Part shown: one piece after another, positions 28,609 through 39,756 of the stretch
Numbering within the stretch: position 1 is the stretch's first letter
Layout of the letters: the number at the start of each line of letters is the position of its first letter
Assembly (NCBI GenBank): GCA_040767965.1
Contig: JAXGNR010000006.1
Location: forward strand, 128,001-192,000
Direction: 5' to 3'
Length of the DNA: 64,000 nucleotides
Source of the DNA: Atribacterota bacterium
GTDB lineage: Bacteria; Atribacterota; Phoenicimicrobiia; Phoenicimicrobiales; Stramentimicrobiaceae
Notes under the pieces: generated by a model
The model's database searches: none
What the model was told of the DNA's origin: nothing
What the model saw: the letters and a program-made list of their open reading frames with translations, nothing else
Translations under genes and position numbers: made by a program

Positions 28609-28849
28609 TAAAATCCTTCCTTTTTAACCCTGAAGTGGTGTTTAAATAAATATTAGTTTATAATCTACAGCTTGTACAGTTTTGCTTTAAAAATTTAATT
28701 CATTCTTATTTTGTAAGTTTTGCAAATATTTTAATAAAAATAAAGTAAATTAATATAATTGTATTTTTATAACCCTTAGTGGAAAGAATTTTAAACAAAC
28801 TTGACTAATCTGGTATTATAAAAATGAATTAATCTAATTGAGGTTTATT

Positions 28850-29719
28850 ATGAATAAATTATCTAAACGCTTATTTTTTAGTCTTGCTGCAACTTTTTCT
28901 TTATCTCTTTCGATCTTATTTAAAAAAATGGCTTTATTGGCCGATGTTCAACCTTTGGAATTATTATTACAATTCACAATTATAACTGCCCTTCTTTTAT
29001 CTATTAATCTGCTTTTTATTCAAAAAAAGGATGTAACAAAATTAAATAAAATCAAAATTTTTCAATGGATTTCTTTATTTCTTGCCGGCTCATCTTTGTT
29101 AGCAGCGTTTTTATTTACAACTTTTGGTTTAAATTTTACTACCTCAATTAATTACAGTTTTATTACTAGAAGTAATTTGATTTTTACCAGTATTTTTGCC
29201 TTTTTTTTCTTAAAAGAAAAAATGGGTTTTAAAAAAATACTATTGATAATTAGCTTCTTTGTTGGTATTTATCTTGTTACTACCAAAGGAAAAACTATTA
29301 TTCCTCAATTTGGTGACTTATTAATACTAATTGGTGCAACCTTCTTTTCTTCATGTTCTGTAATTCAGAAAAAAATTAGCTTTTCTCTTCCTCCAGAGGT
29401 GATCAGCTGGGGCGTAACTTTGTCTGCCGCAATGCTGGCAATTTTAGTTGCAATCTTGTTAAAAATAAACTTGTTTCCTTCCAATAGCTTTATTTTCATA
29501 TTTCTTGTGGGTTTAGCAGAAGCCTCGATTATTTTTTTCATGAATAAAACCATCCAAATAGCTAATGTAACATATTATGCCATGATGACTATGCTTGTTC
29601 CTATAATCAATGGAATTTTAGGTATCTTTTTCTTAAATGAACAATTAACAACTATTCAAATTATTGGTGGTACTATTATAATTCTATGTGGAATATTTGT
29701 ACAGAAACTAAAATATTAA
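28850..29719 (+). CDS. DMT/EamA family transporter
   Basis: About 10 TM segments, LKEK, GDLL, LNE..T..Q..GG; ATG 28850 behind GAGG. Confidence 0.88.
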   Translation: MNKLSKRLFFSLAATFSLSLSILFKKMALLADVQPLELLLQFTIITALLLSINLLFIQKKDVTKLNKIKIFQWISLFLAGSSLLAAFLFTTFGLNFTTSINYSFITRSNLIFTSIFAFFFLKEKMGFKKILLIISFFVGIYLVTTKGKTIIPQFGDLLILIGATFFSSCSVIQKKISFSLPPEVISWGVTLSAAMLAILVAILLKINLFPSNSFIFIFLVGLAEASIIFFMNKTIQIANVTYYAMMTMLVPIINGILGIFFLNEQLTTIQIIGGTIIILCGIFVQKLKY

Positions 29720-29734
29720 ACACCTTTTTGCTTT

Positions 29735-30196
29735 TTATTTTTTGTTCCCTCTTAAATCAATTTTTAACTGTTCCAGGTAAAAATCTAATATTAATTTATA
29801 AGCAATCTTGGGATCATCAATACCGTTAGTTAATTTTTCCATTGGGCATTTATCACTGTTATCTCTATTTTTTATATATGGCACACATTTATTGTAGTTA
29901 CATTCAATATTATGGGATAGCAAAAGATCTTTGGCTCTTTCGCTAATGACACCAGCATAAATCGCTTTAATTTGGTTATCAAATGCCAGTAAAGCCGCAG
30001 CATTACCTATTACTTTATCCGCAATAACTGCTCCTTTCATTAAACCTTGATTATCACGAATCATTTCCATGAAAGGAATAACTCCCCTTTTAAATGATTT
30101 TTTTATAATTTCACCATTTTTAATTAGAACAAACGAATAACCATTTTTTAATAAAGCGGTTTTTGCTTTCTCTAAATCATTTATATAGTCTTCCAT
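29735..30196 (-). CDS. DUF1893 (TM1506-like) protein
   Basis: ADKVIGNAAA, VIS..A, I.NR....CPME. Confidence 0.85.
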   Translation of the reverse strand: MEDYINDLEKAKTALLKNGYSFVLIKNGEIIKKSFKRGVIPFMEMIRDNQGLMKGAVIADKVIGNAAALLAFDNQIKAIYAGVISERAKDLLLSHNIECNYNKCVPYIKNRDNSDKCPMEKLTNGIDDPKIAYKLILDFYLEQLKIDLRGNKK

Positions 30197-30585
30197 GTCA
30201 CCTTAATATCCTTTTTATATATACTTTTCTATTAAAACAGTTCAATTTACTATTAATAATGCTAATAAGCAATATTTTATTCTTTTATTTAGTTTAATTA
30301 TCAAATAATAATATCCAGTTAAATTTAAAACATTTGGTATAATATCATTTTATTTATATAATATTAAAGGTGTAATTTAAATCAAAGTGCAAGCATGACT
30401 CGAAATTAGTACAAATTATACCTATTATAAATTATTTTATCAAATTAAAATTATCATTTAATTCTCTCAACTTTAGTTAAAACAATAAATAATCATATGC
30501 TATAATTATTGAGAAAATTTATAAAACAGTTGTTTTATATTATTAGTTTTAATTGATTCTGCATAAACTTTGAGAAAGCAAATAG

Positions 30586-33500
30586 GTGACATTCTTGGCA
30601 AAAGTTAAAAGAAAAAATAAATTTATCTTTGTTTTATCTATTACAGCAATTATTTTAATTGTATCAGCTTTAAGCACTTTTTTAATTTACATAAACAGCA
30701 GTGCTTTTCGTGAAAATGCTAAAAATATCATTACAGCACAGATTGAAAATAGTTTTGGTAATAAAATTGAAATTGGCGCTATTGAGTATATTTCCTTTAG
30801 AACAATCAGATTAAATGACTTTAAAATATTTGAAGAGGATGCTACAGAAAAAGAATCTATTTTATTCCAGGCCAGAAATGTAAAAGCTGAATTCACTTTA
30901 TTATTGCCAATTTTAAGGTGGCAGGGATGGCAACTTTCTATTAAAAATATTACTTTTGATAATGCAACTACTACCTTCACCCGATTATTGAATGGTGATT
31001 TTGATATAGTAGAAAAGTTACATATAAATCCAGAACTGCTTCAAGAAAATATTCAGATTGGCAGAATATATTTTCAGGATAGCAAATTAACATATCATGA
31101 TGAATTAATTTACAATTACAAATCAGACTATCTAACTACAAAAGCTGAAAAGATTAATGGTTATTTTGATTTATCACAACTACCAAAAATAAACATAGAA
31201 TTTGCAGGGTACCAGGAAGAAGATAATGCTTATTTGTCTTTACAGGGATATTTTTCAGTACTGCAACCCGAATATTCTTTAGACTTTTATCTGGAAAATG
31301 CAGAAATAACTCATTTCCAATATTATCTTGAAATAGCAGAGATCTTCAATGTTAACAGAGGTAAGTTCAATATAAATTTTAATTTAAGCAATCTTGAAAG
31401 TGATCCTTCTGCAGAGATTGACTGGAAAGGAGAGGCAACATTTCAGGAGGCTGAATTGAGTCCACATTTTATGCATCAAATTCCTTTTCAAAAAGTTAAC
31501 GGTTCCATCAGATTTGTAAAACCTCAAATTAATATCGACAGATTAGATGGCTTATATCGTGATGAGAGCATCCAGCTAACAGGTTTTGTTCTTACAGAAC
31601 CAGAAGTATTTTTTGACCTTCGTGTTGACGGTAAGGAAATTGATGCTACTTTATTAAAAAATGATTTAACTCCATTCTTGCCTGAGTATAACGATTTTTC
31701 ATTGAAAGGAAAAATAGATATATCAGCTAACTTAAAGGGAAATCCTGAAGATTTCCAGATAAAAGGACAGGCAAACTCGGATGATATTATTTTTGAAAAA
31801 ATCCTTCTCCCAAATATTGATTGTTCTTTTTTATTACACCAGGATAAATTGCTTATAGATTATCTAAAAATTACCGAAAAAGAATCCTCATTAACCCTAG
31901 AAGGTGAAATTAATGAACTTAATAGTATTCCCTTATATGAACTATCTTTAAATACAAAGAATTTTTCTTTGCAAAATTCAATCTTCAGCCAATTATCTTT
32001 TTTAGATCTAAAAAAAATTACAGGCAAAATCGACAGTTTGTTACAAATTAAAAATTATAGCCAGGATAATTCTGATACATACATTTCTGGTTCTTTTACT
32101 ATTAATTCTTTTCAGAATAAAGATTTTTTTTCTTTTAATAAATTACAAGGCAATATTAACACAGTTTTGAATTCAACTAAAAAAATACTTGCAATTCAAC
32201 AAGGTGAGATAGTAGAAGATGATAATAAACTTAAATTTGAAGGCGAAATAAATTTTCAGAATTCAGAGTCAATGAGTTATTCGCTTGATTTTTATGGATA
32301 TTTACCAGAGCTAAATGATTTTTCCAAATATCTGGGATTTGAAACAAATATTAAGGGGAATGCTAACATAAATGGGGTTTTACAAAGTGTTAATAATGAA
32401 CCTGAATTAAAAGCCACCTTTGATGTAGAAAATTTTTCTATTCAGGAATTAACATTTAATATCTTTTCTGGGAAGATCTTCTATCAAGAAAATGCTTTCA
32501 TATTTGATTCTTTATTTTTAGAAAATCAAAAAATTCAACTTAATGCAGATGGGCAAATCCTTTTAAGTGACTCAAAAAACCCAGAATTTAAATTCACTTA
32601 TAATTTTCCGTCTATGAATATCACTTCCATAACAGAGCAAATCTCTAGTGAACTGCCTTTGTCTGGAGAAATAGAAGGTAACGGCAGCATATCAGGAATT
32701 TGGCCGCAATTATCATTGGAAGGATATTTGCAATTAAGCAATATTGCCCTACAAGAATATAAATTGGGACAGGGAAATTTAAATTTCACTTTACAACCTG
32801 AAGATAATTTACAAGTCAACAAGGAAAGTGTTGATAATTATTACCTCTTGTTGGTTAAAGATTTAAAATTACAAAATGATTTATTACAACTAAATGCAAA
32901 AGGACAATCAAAAGTCACTGAAGAATTTCCCTTTTCTTTGGAAATAGATTTTATTCATGGTCATTTATATGATGCAGCTGATTATTTTTATCTTAATAAT
33001 CAATACTATAAATCATTTTTACCCTCAAAAACAGTTGGAAAAATTATTTTGAATGGAGATATTGACAGTCAGCAAATAGATTTATCGGCAAAGCTTACTC
33101 CGCAAGAAATGGAAAATAATCCTCCTTCTCAGCTAGAATTAACAATCACAAACATGGATGACGAATTGCTAATTTCAAATTTTAAGTTAACACAAAGCGA
33201 AGGAATTCTAGAAGCAAAAGGCAGTATCCAGTTAGAACAAAAATTGCTTGATATTAATTTTCAGACGCAAAAATTAGATATTAGTACTTTATCTGCTCTG
33301 CTAAATATTGATGAAAAAATAGAAGGCATTATGAATATCAAAGGATCCTGCTCAGGAGCTATTAGTGATCCTGATATTTCCTTATATGCCCAGATCAATC
33401 AAGGTTTTTTCAGAAATTTTCAATTTGATAACCTGCAAAGTGAAATGTATTGGGATGGTAATACTAATGAACTGAAGATAAAAGATTTCCTGATCTTTCT

Positions 33501-34935
33501 GGAAAAAGACTACAAAATTACGGCAAAAGGCAATTTGCCATTAGACACTTTTCTTTCTGAGAGTTTACCGGAAAAACAACCAGACTTATCTTACCAGCAA
33601 ATTCCTTTAGATTTTCAGATTAATATGGAAAAAACAAATCTTAATTTATTAAGCCTTTTTTTCGTAGACTGCTTTTCTGCTATTGGCGGCAATGTAGATG
33701 TTGAATTAAAATTATCTGGAACTAATGCCAATCCTATTATTAACGGAAATATTGATGTTCTGGAAGGTAGTTTTGACCTGATTCATTTCCCAATCCAGGC
33801 AAAAAATATAAATTCTCATCTTGAAATAAAAAATAATAAGATTGAAATTCCCAGTACACCCTTTATAGCTTATGATAACCAGTTTACTATATTTGGTAAA
33901 TTGGAATTAATTAACTTTTTACCGGAAAATATTGATTTAACCATGCAAAATCAAAATGATACCTTGTTTTATCAAGATATCCTAGAAAGTAAAATTGATT
34001 TTTCAGCAGCGTTAAATGGTAATTTTTTGCAACCATGCATTATTGGAAATATAAAAATTTCCGATGGAGAAATAAATTTGACTCCACTGATGCAGCTTTA
34101 TGAAAATGACAATAGAATTCCTTCGCCTCTCCCAAACTATTATGATGATTCACAAAAATATCTAGACATGAACATAGAAATCTCTGACCATTTTTCTTTA
34201 AAATTGCCAAACGCTGATATAAATGCTGCTGGTAATATTAATTTAAGCGGGTCTTTGAAAGAACCGACAATACAGGGTAGTTTAATTTTAAAAGAAGGAC
34301 ATCTTTATTATTTTGAGAATAAATTCACTATTTCTGGAGGAAGAATAATTTTAAACGGCTCAGCAATTGACGATATTAATATTGACGCTAGAGCTCAAAC
34401 CACTGTACAGGATTATTCTATTACAATCAATATTTCAGGAAACCTGACTAACCCTCAAGTTATGTTATCATCGCAACCAGCTTTAAAGGAAACTGAAATA
34501 TTATCCCTGCTTGCTTTTAACAGAAACATAGAAGGACTTTCAGAAGGTGAGATAAATCAAATATTGTCACAAGAAATAGTTGATATTATCTTTCAAAGTT
34601 TACAAATTAATCTATTTAAAAGGATGGAACGTGGATTGGCTGAAGGTCTGGGTTTAGAATTTTTTAGGCTCTCATATGATTTGCCAGAAAACACTAATGG
34701 CAGTTTGTTTTTCCTGGATGATTTAAGCCTTGGTGATTTAAAGCTAGAAGTAGGAAAAAACATCAATGAAGATCTTTTGATTACTTATTCTACTCCATTA
34801 GATTTTCATGGTGAAACTAGTTTTGGTATTAATTATGAAATTTCTCCTAAATTCACTTTTAATTCACAATTAGATACTTTTTCTTTTAAAGAAAATGATT
34901 ATCGGTTTAAATTTGGATTAGAGGTAAAATTTTAA
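30586..34935 (+). CDS. tamB: TamB/AsmA-like envelope lipid-bridge protein
   Basis: 1449 aa, N-terminal TM anchor, repetitive beta-rich body, DUF490-like C-terminus (L.S.P.L....ILSLL.F, LEVGK.I, terminal Phe). Confidence 0.82.
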   Translation: MTFLAKVKRKNKFIFVLSITAIILIVSALSTFLIYINSSAFRENAKNIITAQIENSFGNKIEIGAIEYISFRTIRLNDFKIFEEDATEKESILFQARNVKAEFTLLLPILRWQGWQLSIKNITFDNATTTFTRLLNGDFDIVEKLHINPELLQENIQIGRIYFQDSKLTYHDELIYNYKSDYLTTKAEKINGYFDLSQLPKINIEFAGYQEEDNAYLSLQGYFSVLQPEYSLDFYLENAEITHFQYYLEIAEIFNVNRGKFNINFNLSNLESDPSAEIDWKGEATFQEAELSPHFMHQIPFQKVNGSIRFVKPQINIDRLDGLYRDESIQLTGFVLTEPEVFFDLRVDGKEIDATLLKNDLTPFLPEYNDFSLKGKIDISANLKGNPEDFQIKGQANSDDIIFEKILLPNIDCSFLLHQDKLLIDYLKITEKESSLTLEGEINELNSIPLYELSLNTKNFSLQNSIFSQLSFLDLKKITGKIDSLLQIKNYSQDNSDTYISGSFTINSFQNKDFFSFNKLQGNINTVLNSTKKILAIQQGEIVEDDNKLKFEGEINFQNSESMSYSLDFYGYLPELNDFSKYLGFETNIKGNANINGVLQSVNNEPELKATFDVENFSIQELTFNIFSGKIFYQENAFIFDSLFLENQKIQLNADGQILLSDSKNPEFKFTYNFPSMNITSITEQISSELPLSGEIEGNGSISGIWPQLSLEGYLQLSNIALQEYKLGQGNLNFTLQPEDNLQVNKESVDNYYLLLVKDLKLQNDLLQLNAKGQSKVTEEFPFSLEIDFIHGHLYDAADYFYLNNQYYKSFLPSKTVGKIILNGDIDSQQIDLSAKLTPQEMENNPPSQLELTITNMDDELLISNFKLTQSEGILEAKGSIQLEQKLLDINFQTQKLDISTLSALLNIDEKIEGIMNIKGSCSGAISDPDISLYAQINQGFFRNFQFDNLQSEMYWDGNTNELKIKDFLIFLEKDYKITAKGNLPLDTFLSESLPEKQPDLSYQQIPLDFQINMEKTNLNLLSLFFVDCFSAIGGNVDVELKLSGTNANPIINGNIDVLEGSFDLIHFPIQAKNINSHLEIKNNKIEIPSTPFIAYDNQFTIFGKLELINFLPENIDLTMQNQNDTLFYQDILESKIDFSAALNGNFLQPCIIGNIKISDGEINLTPLMQLYENDNRIPSPLPNYYDDSQKYLDMNIEISDHFSLKLPNADINAAGNINLSGSLKEPTIQGSLILKEGHLYYFENKFTISGGRIILNGSAIDDINIDARAQTTVQDYSITINISGNLTNPQVMLSSQPALKETEILSLLAFNRNIEGLSEGEINQILSQEIVDIIFQSLQINLFKRMERGLAEGLGLEFFRLSYDLPENTNGSLFFLDDLSLGDLKLEVGKNINEDLLITYSTPLDFHGETSFGINYEISPKFTFNSQLDTFSFKENDYRFKFGLEVKF

Positions 34936-34991
34936 CTATCACGGATTTCAAATTAATAATATTATACCATTAAAATGAAAAGAGCTAATTT

Positions 34992-35666
34992 ATGTTTGAT
35001 GTACAGCATTCCTTAAGCAAAAATATTTTATTTAAAGAATTTACCAAAATAGAAATCAACCAATTTCTGGTTTATTCTAACTATAAAACTATTGATTATC
35101 AGAAAAATCAAGTTGTTGCCTTAGAAGGAGATCCTCTAACAATGATTGGCCTGGTGCTTGCTGGAACATTAGAAATTCAAAAGCATTACTCTTCAGGAAA
35201 AAAAGTTATTATAGATAAAATTTCTACAGGAGATATCTTTGGGGAAGTTTCTATATTTTCCTCTAAAAATATTTTTCCTTCAACAATCACTTCAATAACT
35301 GATTCCAGGATAATGTTTGTTAAAAAAAATTATTTTGTGAAAATGTGTTACAAAAATAAAAAATTTTTACAAAATTTATTACAATCTTTATCTGAAAAAA
35401 TATTATTATTAGATAATCGTTTACGTTTTTTAGCAAGTGAAAGCATCAGACAAAAAATAAGTCTTTATCTTTTGGAAGAATATAGGAAAAATAATACTTT
35501 AAGAATCAGAATTGATATTTCAAGAGAAAAAATGGCAGAACAATTTGGCATAACCAGACCTTCTTTATCAAGGGAGATAAGCAGAATGAAAAAAGAGGGA
35601 ATTATTCAAGTTGACAAAAATGTTATTCTAATTAAAAATCTATCTTGTCTTGAAATAAACTTATAA
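34992..35666 (+). CDS. hcpR: Crp/Fnr-family regulator, probably HcpR
   Basis: cNMP-like domain (FGE) and HTH SREKMAEQFGITRPSLSRE; convergent with hcp. Confidence 0.8.
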   Translation: MFDVQHSLSKNILFKEFTKIEINQFLVYSNYKTIDYQKNQVVALEGDPLTMIGLVLAGTLEIQKHYSSGKKVIIDKISTGDIFGEVSIFSSKNIFPSTITSITDSRIMFVKKNYFVKMCYKNKKFLQNLLQSLSEKILLLDNRLRFLASESIRQKISLYLLEEYRKNNTLRIRIDISREKMAEQFGITRPSLSREISRMKKEGIIQVDKNVILIKNLSCLEINL

Positions 35667-35717
35667 ACAATAAAATCCAGCAAACTGTTTAAAAAATTAC
35701 TGGATTTTATTGTTTAT
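35663..35717. terminator. Bidirectional terminator between hcpR and hcp
   Basis: ATAAACAATAAAATCCAG / CTGGATTTTATTGTTTAT, 18-bp inverted repeat. Confidence 0.85.
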
Positions 35718-35755
35718 TTTTTTATTTATGCCTGTGTCAATAGGTAGTTGTAATT

Positions 35756-37408
35756 TTATTCAAGGAACATTTTTAAATCTTCCTCTACATCTCCAATGCC
35801 ACCAATATTGAATTTTTCAACCAAAACATTTGTTACATTGGGAGATAAAAATCCTGGTAATGTGGGACCTAAATGAATATTTTTTACCCCTAAGTACAGT
35901 AAAGCCAATAGTACAATTACTGCTTTTTGTTCATACCAGGCAATGTTATAAGAAATTGGCAACTGATTAATGTCTTCCAATCCTAAAACTTCTTTTAATT
36001 TTAAGGCAATAACCGCTAATGAATAAGAGTCATTGCATTGTCCTGCGTCTAAGACCCTTGGAATACCTCCAATATCACCTAAACCTAATTTATTATAACG
36101 ATATTTTGCACAACCAGCAGTAAGAATTACTGTATCGGCTGGTAATTTTTCTGCGAATTCAGTATAATAATTTCGGCTTTTCATTCTACCATCACAACCA
36201 GCCATCACAAAAAATCTTTTAATTGCACCATTTTGTACTGCCTCAATTACTTTGTCAGCCAAAGAAATAATTTGATTATGGGCAAAGCCACCAATAATTT
36301 CACCTTTTTCAATTTCTTCAGGTGGAGGGCATTGTTTAGCCATCTCTATTATTTCAGAGAAGTCTTTTTGCTGTCCATCTTTTCGTTCAGCAATGTAAGT
36401 CATTCCAGGATAACCAACAGTTCCAGTATTAAATACACGATTCTTGTAACTATCTCTAGGTGGAATGATACAATTAGAAGTCATAAGTATAGGACCATTG
36501 AACTTTTCAAATTCTTCGTTCTGCTTCCACCAGGCATTCCCATAATTTCCTATAAAATGACTATATTTCTTAAAAGCAGGATAATAGTTTGCCGGTAACA
36601 TTTCCCCATGTGTGTAAACATCAACTCCCGTATCTTTGGTCTGTTCTAAAAGTTCCTCCATATCTTTTAAATCATGTCCACTTATTAATATTCCAGGATT
36701 ATTCCGGACTCCAATATTAACCTTGCTTATCTCAGGATGTCCATATGTTTCAGTATTTGCTTTATCAAGCAAGGCCATGGCTTCAACACCATATTGTCCA
36801 CATTCCATTACCAGACTAACCAAATCATCTGCAGTAAGTGAATCATCCAGAGTTGCAGCTAATCCTTTTTGCATAAAAGCATATATTTCTTTATTTTCAT
36901 AACCTAAATTAAAGGCATGTTCTGTATATGCAGCCATTCCTTTTATTCCATAGATCACTAATTCTCTTAAAGAACGAACATCTTCATTCTCGGTTGCTAA
37001 TACCCCAACTTCTGATGACTCTGCCTTTCTTTTAAAATCTTCCACTTGATTTGCTTTCCAGGTAGCACAATCTGGCAAATTTTCAGGAATATTGCCCCCG
37101 GCATTCAGTAGTTGTTTTTTGATGCTGTCTCTAACCTGAAAGCCTTCTTCTATTTTTTTAATAAAATCATCTTCATCAAAATTGGCATTGGTAATAGTCA
37201 TAAATAATGAATCAATTATAAATTTGTTAGTATGTTTATCCTCAATTCCTGATTTACGTGCCCTATTGCTGTAAATTGAAATGCCTTTACAAATGTATAT
37301 TAATAGATCTTGCATATTTGCAACATTAGCTTCTTTGCCACAAACACCTCTTTTTGTACATCCACTTCCTTTTGCTGTTTCTTGACACTGAAAACAAAAC
37401 ATATCCAT
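35756..37408 (-). CDS. hcp: Hybrid cluster protein (hydroxylamine/NO reductase)
   Basis: CFQCQET...GC...GVCGK, SGHD, YTHGEM, GCDG, GQCND, WYEQKA. Confidence 0.97.
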   Translation of the reverse strand: MDMFCFQCQETAKGSGCTKRGVCGKEANVANMQDLLIYICKGISIYSNRARKSGIEDKHTNKFIIDSLFMTITNANFDEDDFIKKIEEGFQVRDSIKKQLLNAGGNIPENLPDCATWKANQVEDFKRKAESSEVGVLATENEDVRSLRELVIYGIKGMAAYTEHAFNLGYENKEIYAFMQKGLAATLDDSLTADDLVSLVMECGQYGVEAMALLDKANTETYGHPEISKVNIGVRNNPGILISGHDLKDMEELLEQTKDTGVDVYTHGEMLPANYYPAFKKYSHFIGNYGNAWWKQNEEFEKFNGPILMTSNCIIPPRDSYKNRVFNTGTVGYPGMTYIAERKDGQQKDFSEIIEMAKQCPPPEEIEKGEIIGGFAHNQIISLADKVIEAVQNGAIKRFFVMAGCDGRMKSRNYYTEFAEKLPADTVILTAGCAKYRYNKLGLGDIGGIPRVLDAGQCNDSYSLAVIALKLKEVLGLEDINQLPISYNIAWYEQKAVIVLLALLYLGVKNIHLGPTLPGFLSPNVTNVLVEKFNIGGIGDVEEDLKMFLE

Positions 37409-37508
37409 TTTCTTTACCTCCGTGAAAAGTATTTTTATATTAATCTCATTCTAGAATAAGATTCTGTTTATCTACTTTTTATTTCTTTATTATATATTAA
37501 CTAAAAAC

Positions 37509-37540
37509 TAAAATTATGTAACTCAAGTTACATAATTTTA
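37509..37540. promoter_or_regulatory. HcpR-type operator (GTAAC-N4-GTTAC core) in the hcp promoter
   Basis: TAAAATTATGTAACT-CA-AGTTACATAATTTTA with perfect 15-bp arms; TATAAT on the minus strand at 37494-37489 puts the centre near -42. Confidence 0.85.
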
Positions 37541-37743
37541 ACATAAATGTATTTAATTTCCTCAAAGATTTAAATGACCATCTTTTTATTTTAGTATTAT
37601 TTTAACAAAATTATCTATTATTAACTATTGTTTTTGCAAAACATATCTTAATTATGTATACTATTTTTAAAATAACTTTTTAATGCCATTAAGGTATCAT
37701 AAATTCAATAGTTGTCTAAATTAATTTAAAGAGGTGATTTATT

Positions 37744-38568
37744 TTGGAAACTGTTTTGCTGAATAATGATAAAAACATTCCAGTCCTTGGATTAGGAACA
37801 TGGAAACTATCTGGCCCTGAAACAATTGATATTATAAAAGAAGCCTTAAAAATAGGTTATAATCATATTGATACTGCCGAAATGTATGGAAATGAAAAAG
37901 AAATTGGCCTTGCTATCCAAAATACACCAAGAGAAAAACTTTTTATCACCTCAAAGGTATGGCATACCAATCTTCATTATGAAGATACTCTCAAAGCCTG
38001 CAAACAATCTTTAGAAAAATTGAAAACAGAATACCTGGACCTTTATCTTATTCACTGGCCTAATCCGGGTATCGATATGGAAGAAACTTTCAGTGCCTTT
38101 AAAGAACTCTACCTGAATAGAAAAGTAATGGCGGTTGGTGTAAGTAATTTTACCATTAGACATCTTCAGCATGCTCTATCTGTTTGCGAAAAATTATCAT
38201 TACCAATAACAATAAATCAGGTAGAATTTCATCCCTTATTCTATCAAGAATCATTGTTAAGATATTGTCACTCTAATAATATAAATATAACTGCCTTTTG
38301 CCCTCTTGCCAGAGGCTTGACTCTTACCGATCCTGTTATACAGGAACTTGCTTTAAAATATAAGAAAACTCCTGCCCAAATTACCTTAAAATGGCTTACT
38401 CAACAAAAAATCATTGCAATTCCCAAAGCAAGCTCAAAAAATCACCTGATTGAAAATATTGATATTTTCAATTTTAAACTTGAAGAAACTGATCTGAATA
38501 GGATAAAAAAAGAAGTAAATCAAAACAAAAGAACTGTCAGAATTGATATAGCAGATTTTGATGATTGA
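37744..38568 (+). CDS. Aldo/keto reductase
   Basis: LGLGTW, HIDTAEMYGNE, SKVW, DLYLIHWP, GVSNF, NQVEFHP, IPK. Confidence 0.95.
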   Translation: METVLLNNDKNIPVLGLGTWKLSGPETIDIIKEALKIGYNHIDTAEMYGNEKEIGLAIQNTPREKLFITSKVWHTNLHYEDTLKACKQSLEKLKTEYLDLYLIHWPNPGIDMEETFSAFKELYLNRKVMAVGVSNFTIRHLQHALSVCEKLSLPITINQVEFHPLFYQESLLRYCHSNNINITAFCPLARGLTLTDPVIQELALKYKKTPAQITLKWLTQQKIIAIPKASSKNHLIENIDIFNFKLEETDLNRIKKEVNQNKRTVRIDIADFDD

Positions 38569-38600
38569 TAATTCTCAAAACCATACTATCAGATTTGAAA

Positions 38601-39512
38601 TCAGGATAGATATAAACCAAGCCTGATTTTTATATAATCAAAAATTGCATCAGGTATGCTGATATTGCAGCAACTTTCTATCCCTTTAAATCCCGGTGAT
38701 GAATTTGCCTCACATACCTTGAAGTTTTCTCCATCAAACAATAAATCTATTCCAGCAATATCTAAATTTAACACCCTCGAACTTTCAGTGGCAAGCCATT
38801 CGATTTCCTTATTCATAGGAAATTCTCTTACTTCTCCTCCTCTGGAAAAATTGGCCTTAAAACTACCGTCACTGGAGATTCTTTCCATACAGGCTATAGC
38901 AATTCCTCCAACAATAAAGACTCTTAAATCTCTTCCTTTGCTTGTCTTAATAAATTCCTGAATAATAAAATTGGCTTGCGTTTTAGCAGTATCGATTAAT
39001 TGCATTAAATCCTCCAAATGAGTCTTATTTTCACATAAGAAAACTCCGCTACCCTGTGAGCCGGAAATAGTCTTTACAACTATTGGAAAACCTAATGTTT
39101 TTTCAATCAACTCTATGTTTAATGGGTATCTTGCCAACATCGTTCTGGGGACCGGAAAGTTATTAGCAGCTAAAATCTGCTGAGTATAGAGTTTGTCTTT
39201 TACTATTTCTATGCTCTCAGCTGAATTAAAAGTATGCACTCCTAATCTTTCTAAATGCCTGATAACTGCCAGAGAAAAATAAGGCGTACTGGCTCCCTGT
39301 CTGGGCAATAAAAAATTCGGCAATCTGGTGTAACTATTATCAACAATAACACTTTTATTGTCTTCCCGGTTTACCAATAAGTCAAACTGTTCAGGACAAA
39401 GAATTTTTAATCCAATATCTCTTTTTTCTGCTACCTCTAAAAAACGATTCATCTCGTATTTTTCAATTGATATTTCGCTTTGCCTCTGTTTATAAAGAAT
39501 CCAACCTTCCAT
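38601..39512 (-). CDS. RimK-family ATP-grasp alpha-L-glutamate ligase
   Basis: DKLYT, FPVPRT, GSQGSGV, QEFI, DLRVF, NFSRGG, GIDLL, EANSSPGF. Confidence 0.92.
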   Translation of the reverse strand: MEGWILYKQRQSEISIEKYEMNRFLEVAEKRDIGLKILCPEQFDLLVNREDNKSVIVDNSYTRLPNFLLPRQGASTPYFSLAVIRHLERLGVHTFNSAESIEIVKDKLYTQQILAANNFPVPRTMLARYPLNIELIEKTLGFPIVVKTISGSQGSGVFLCENKTHLEDLMQLIDTAKTQANFIIQEFIKTSKGRDLRVFIVGGIAIACMERISSDGSFKANFSRGGEVREFPMNKEIEWLATESSRVLNLDIAGIDLLFDGENFKVCEANSSPGFKGIESCCNISIPDAIFDYIKIRLGLYLS

Positions 39513-39756
39513 TTTTTTCTCCTGTTCGAAAAATTATTTTAATCTAATCTAAAAAGTAAATTTTTATTCTATTCTACTATCTTTTTCCTTTTTTATCATC
39601 AATAAAATAATATTAATCAAAATTTTGCTAAACCTGTTTTATCTGTTAAAATACTTAATATTAATTTATATTTTCAGTAAAAGTAAATAAACATACTATC
39701 TTTATTTTTTGTTTAGTATAACCAGTTAAAAAATATATTTTTATTTGGAGAATAAA

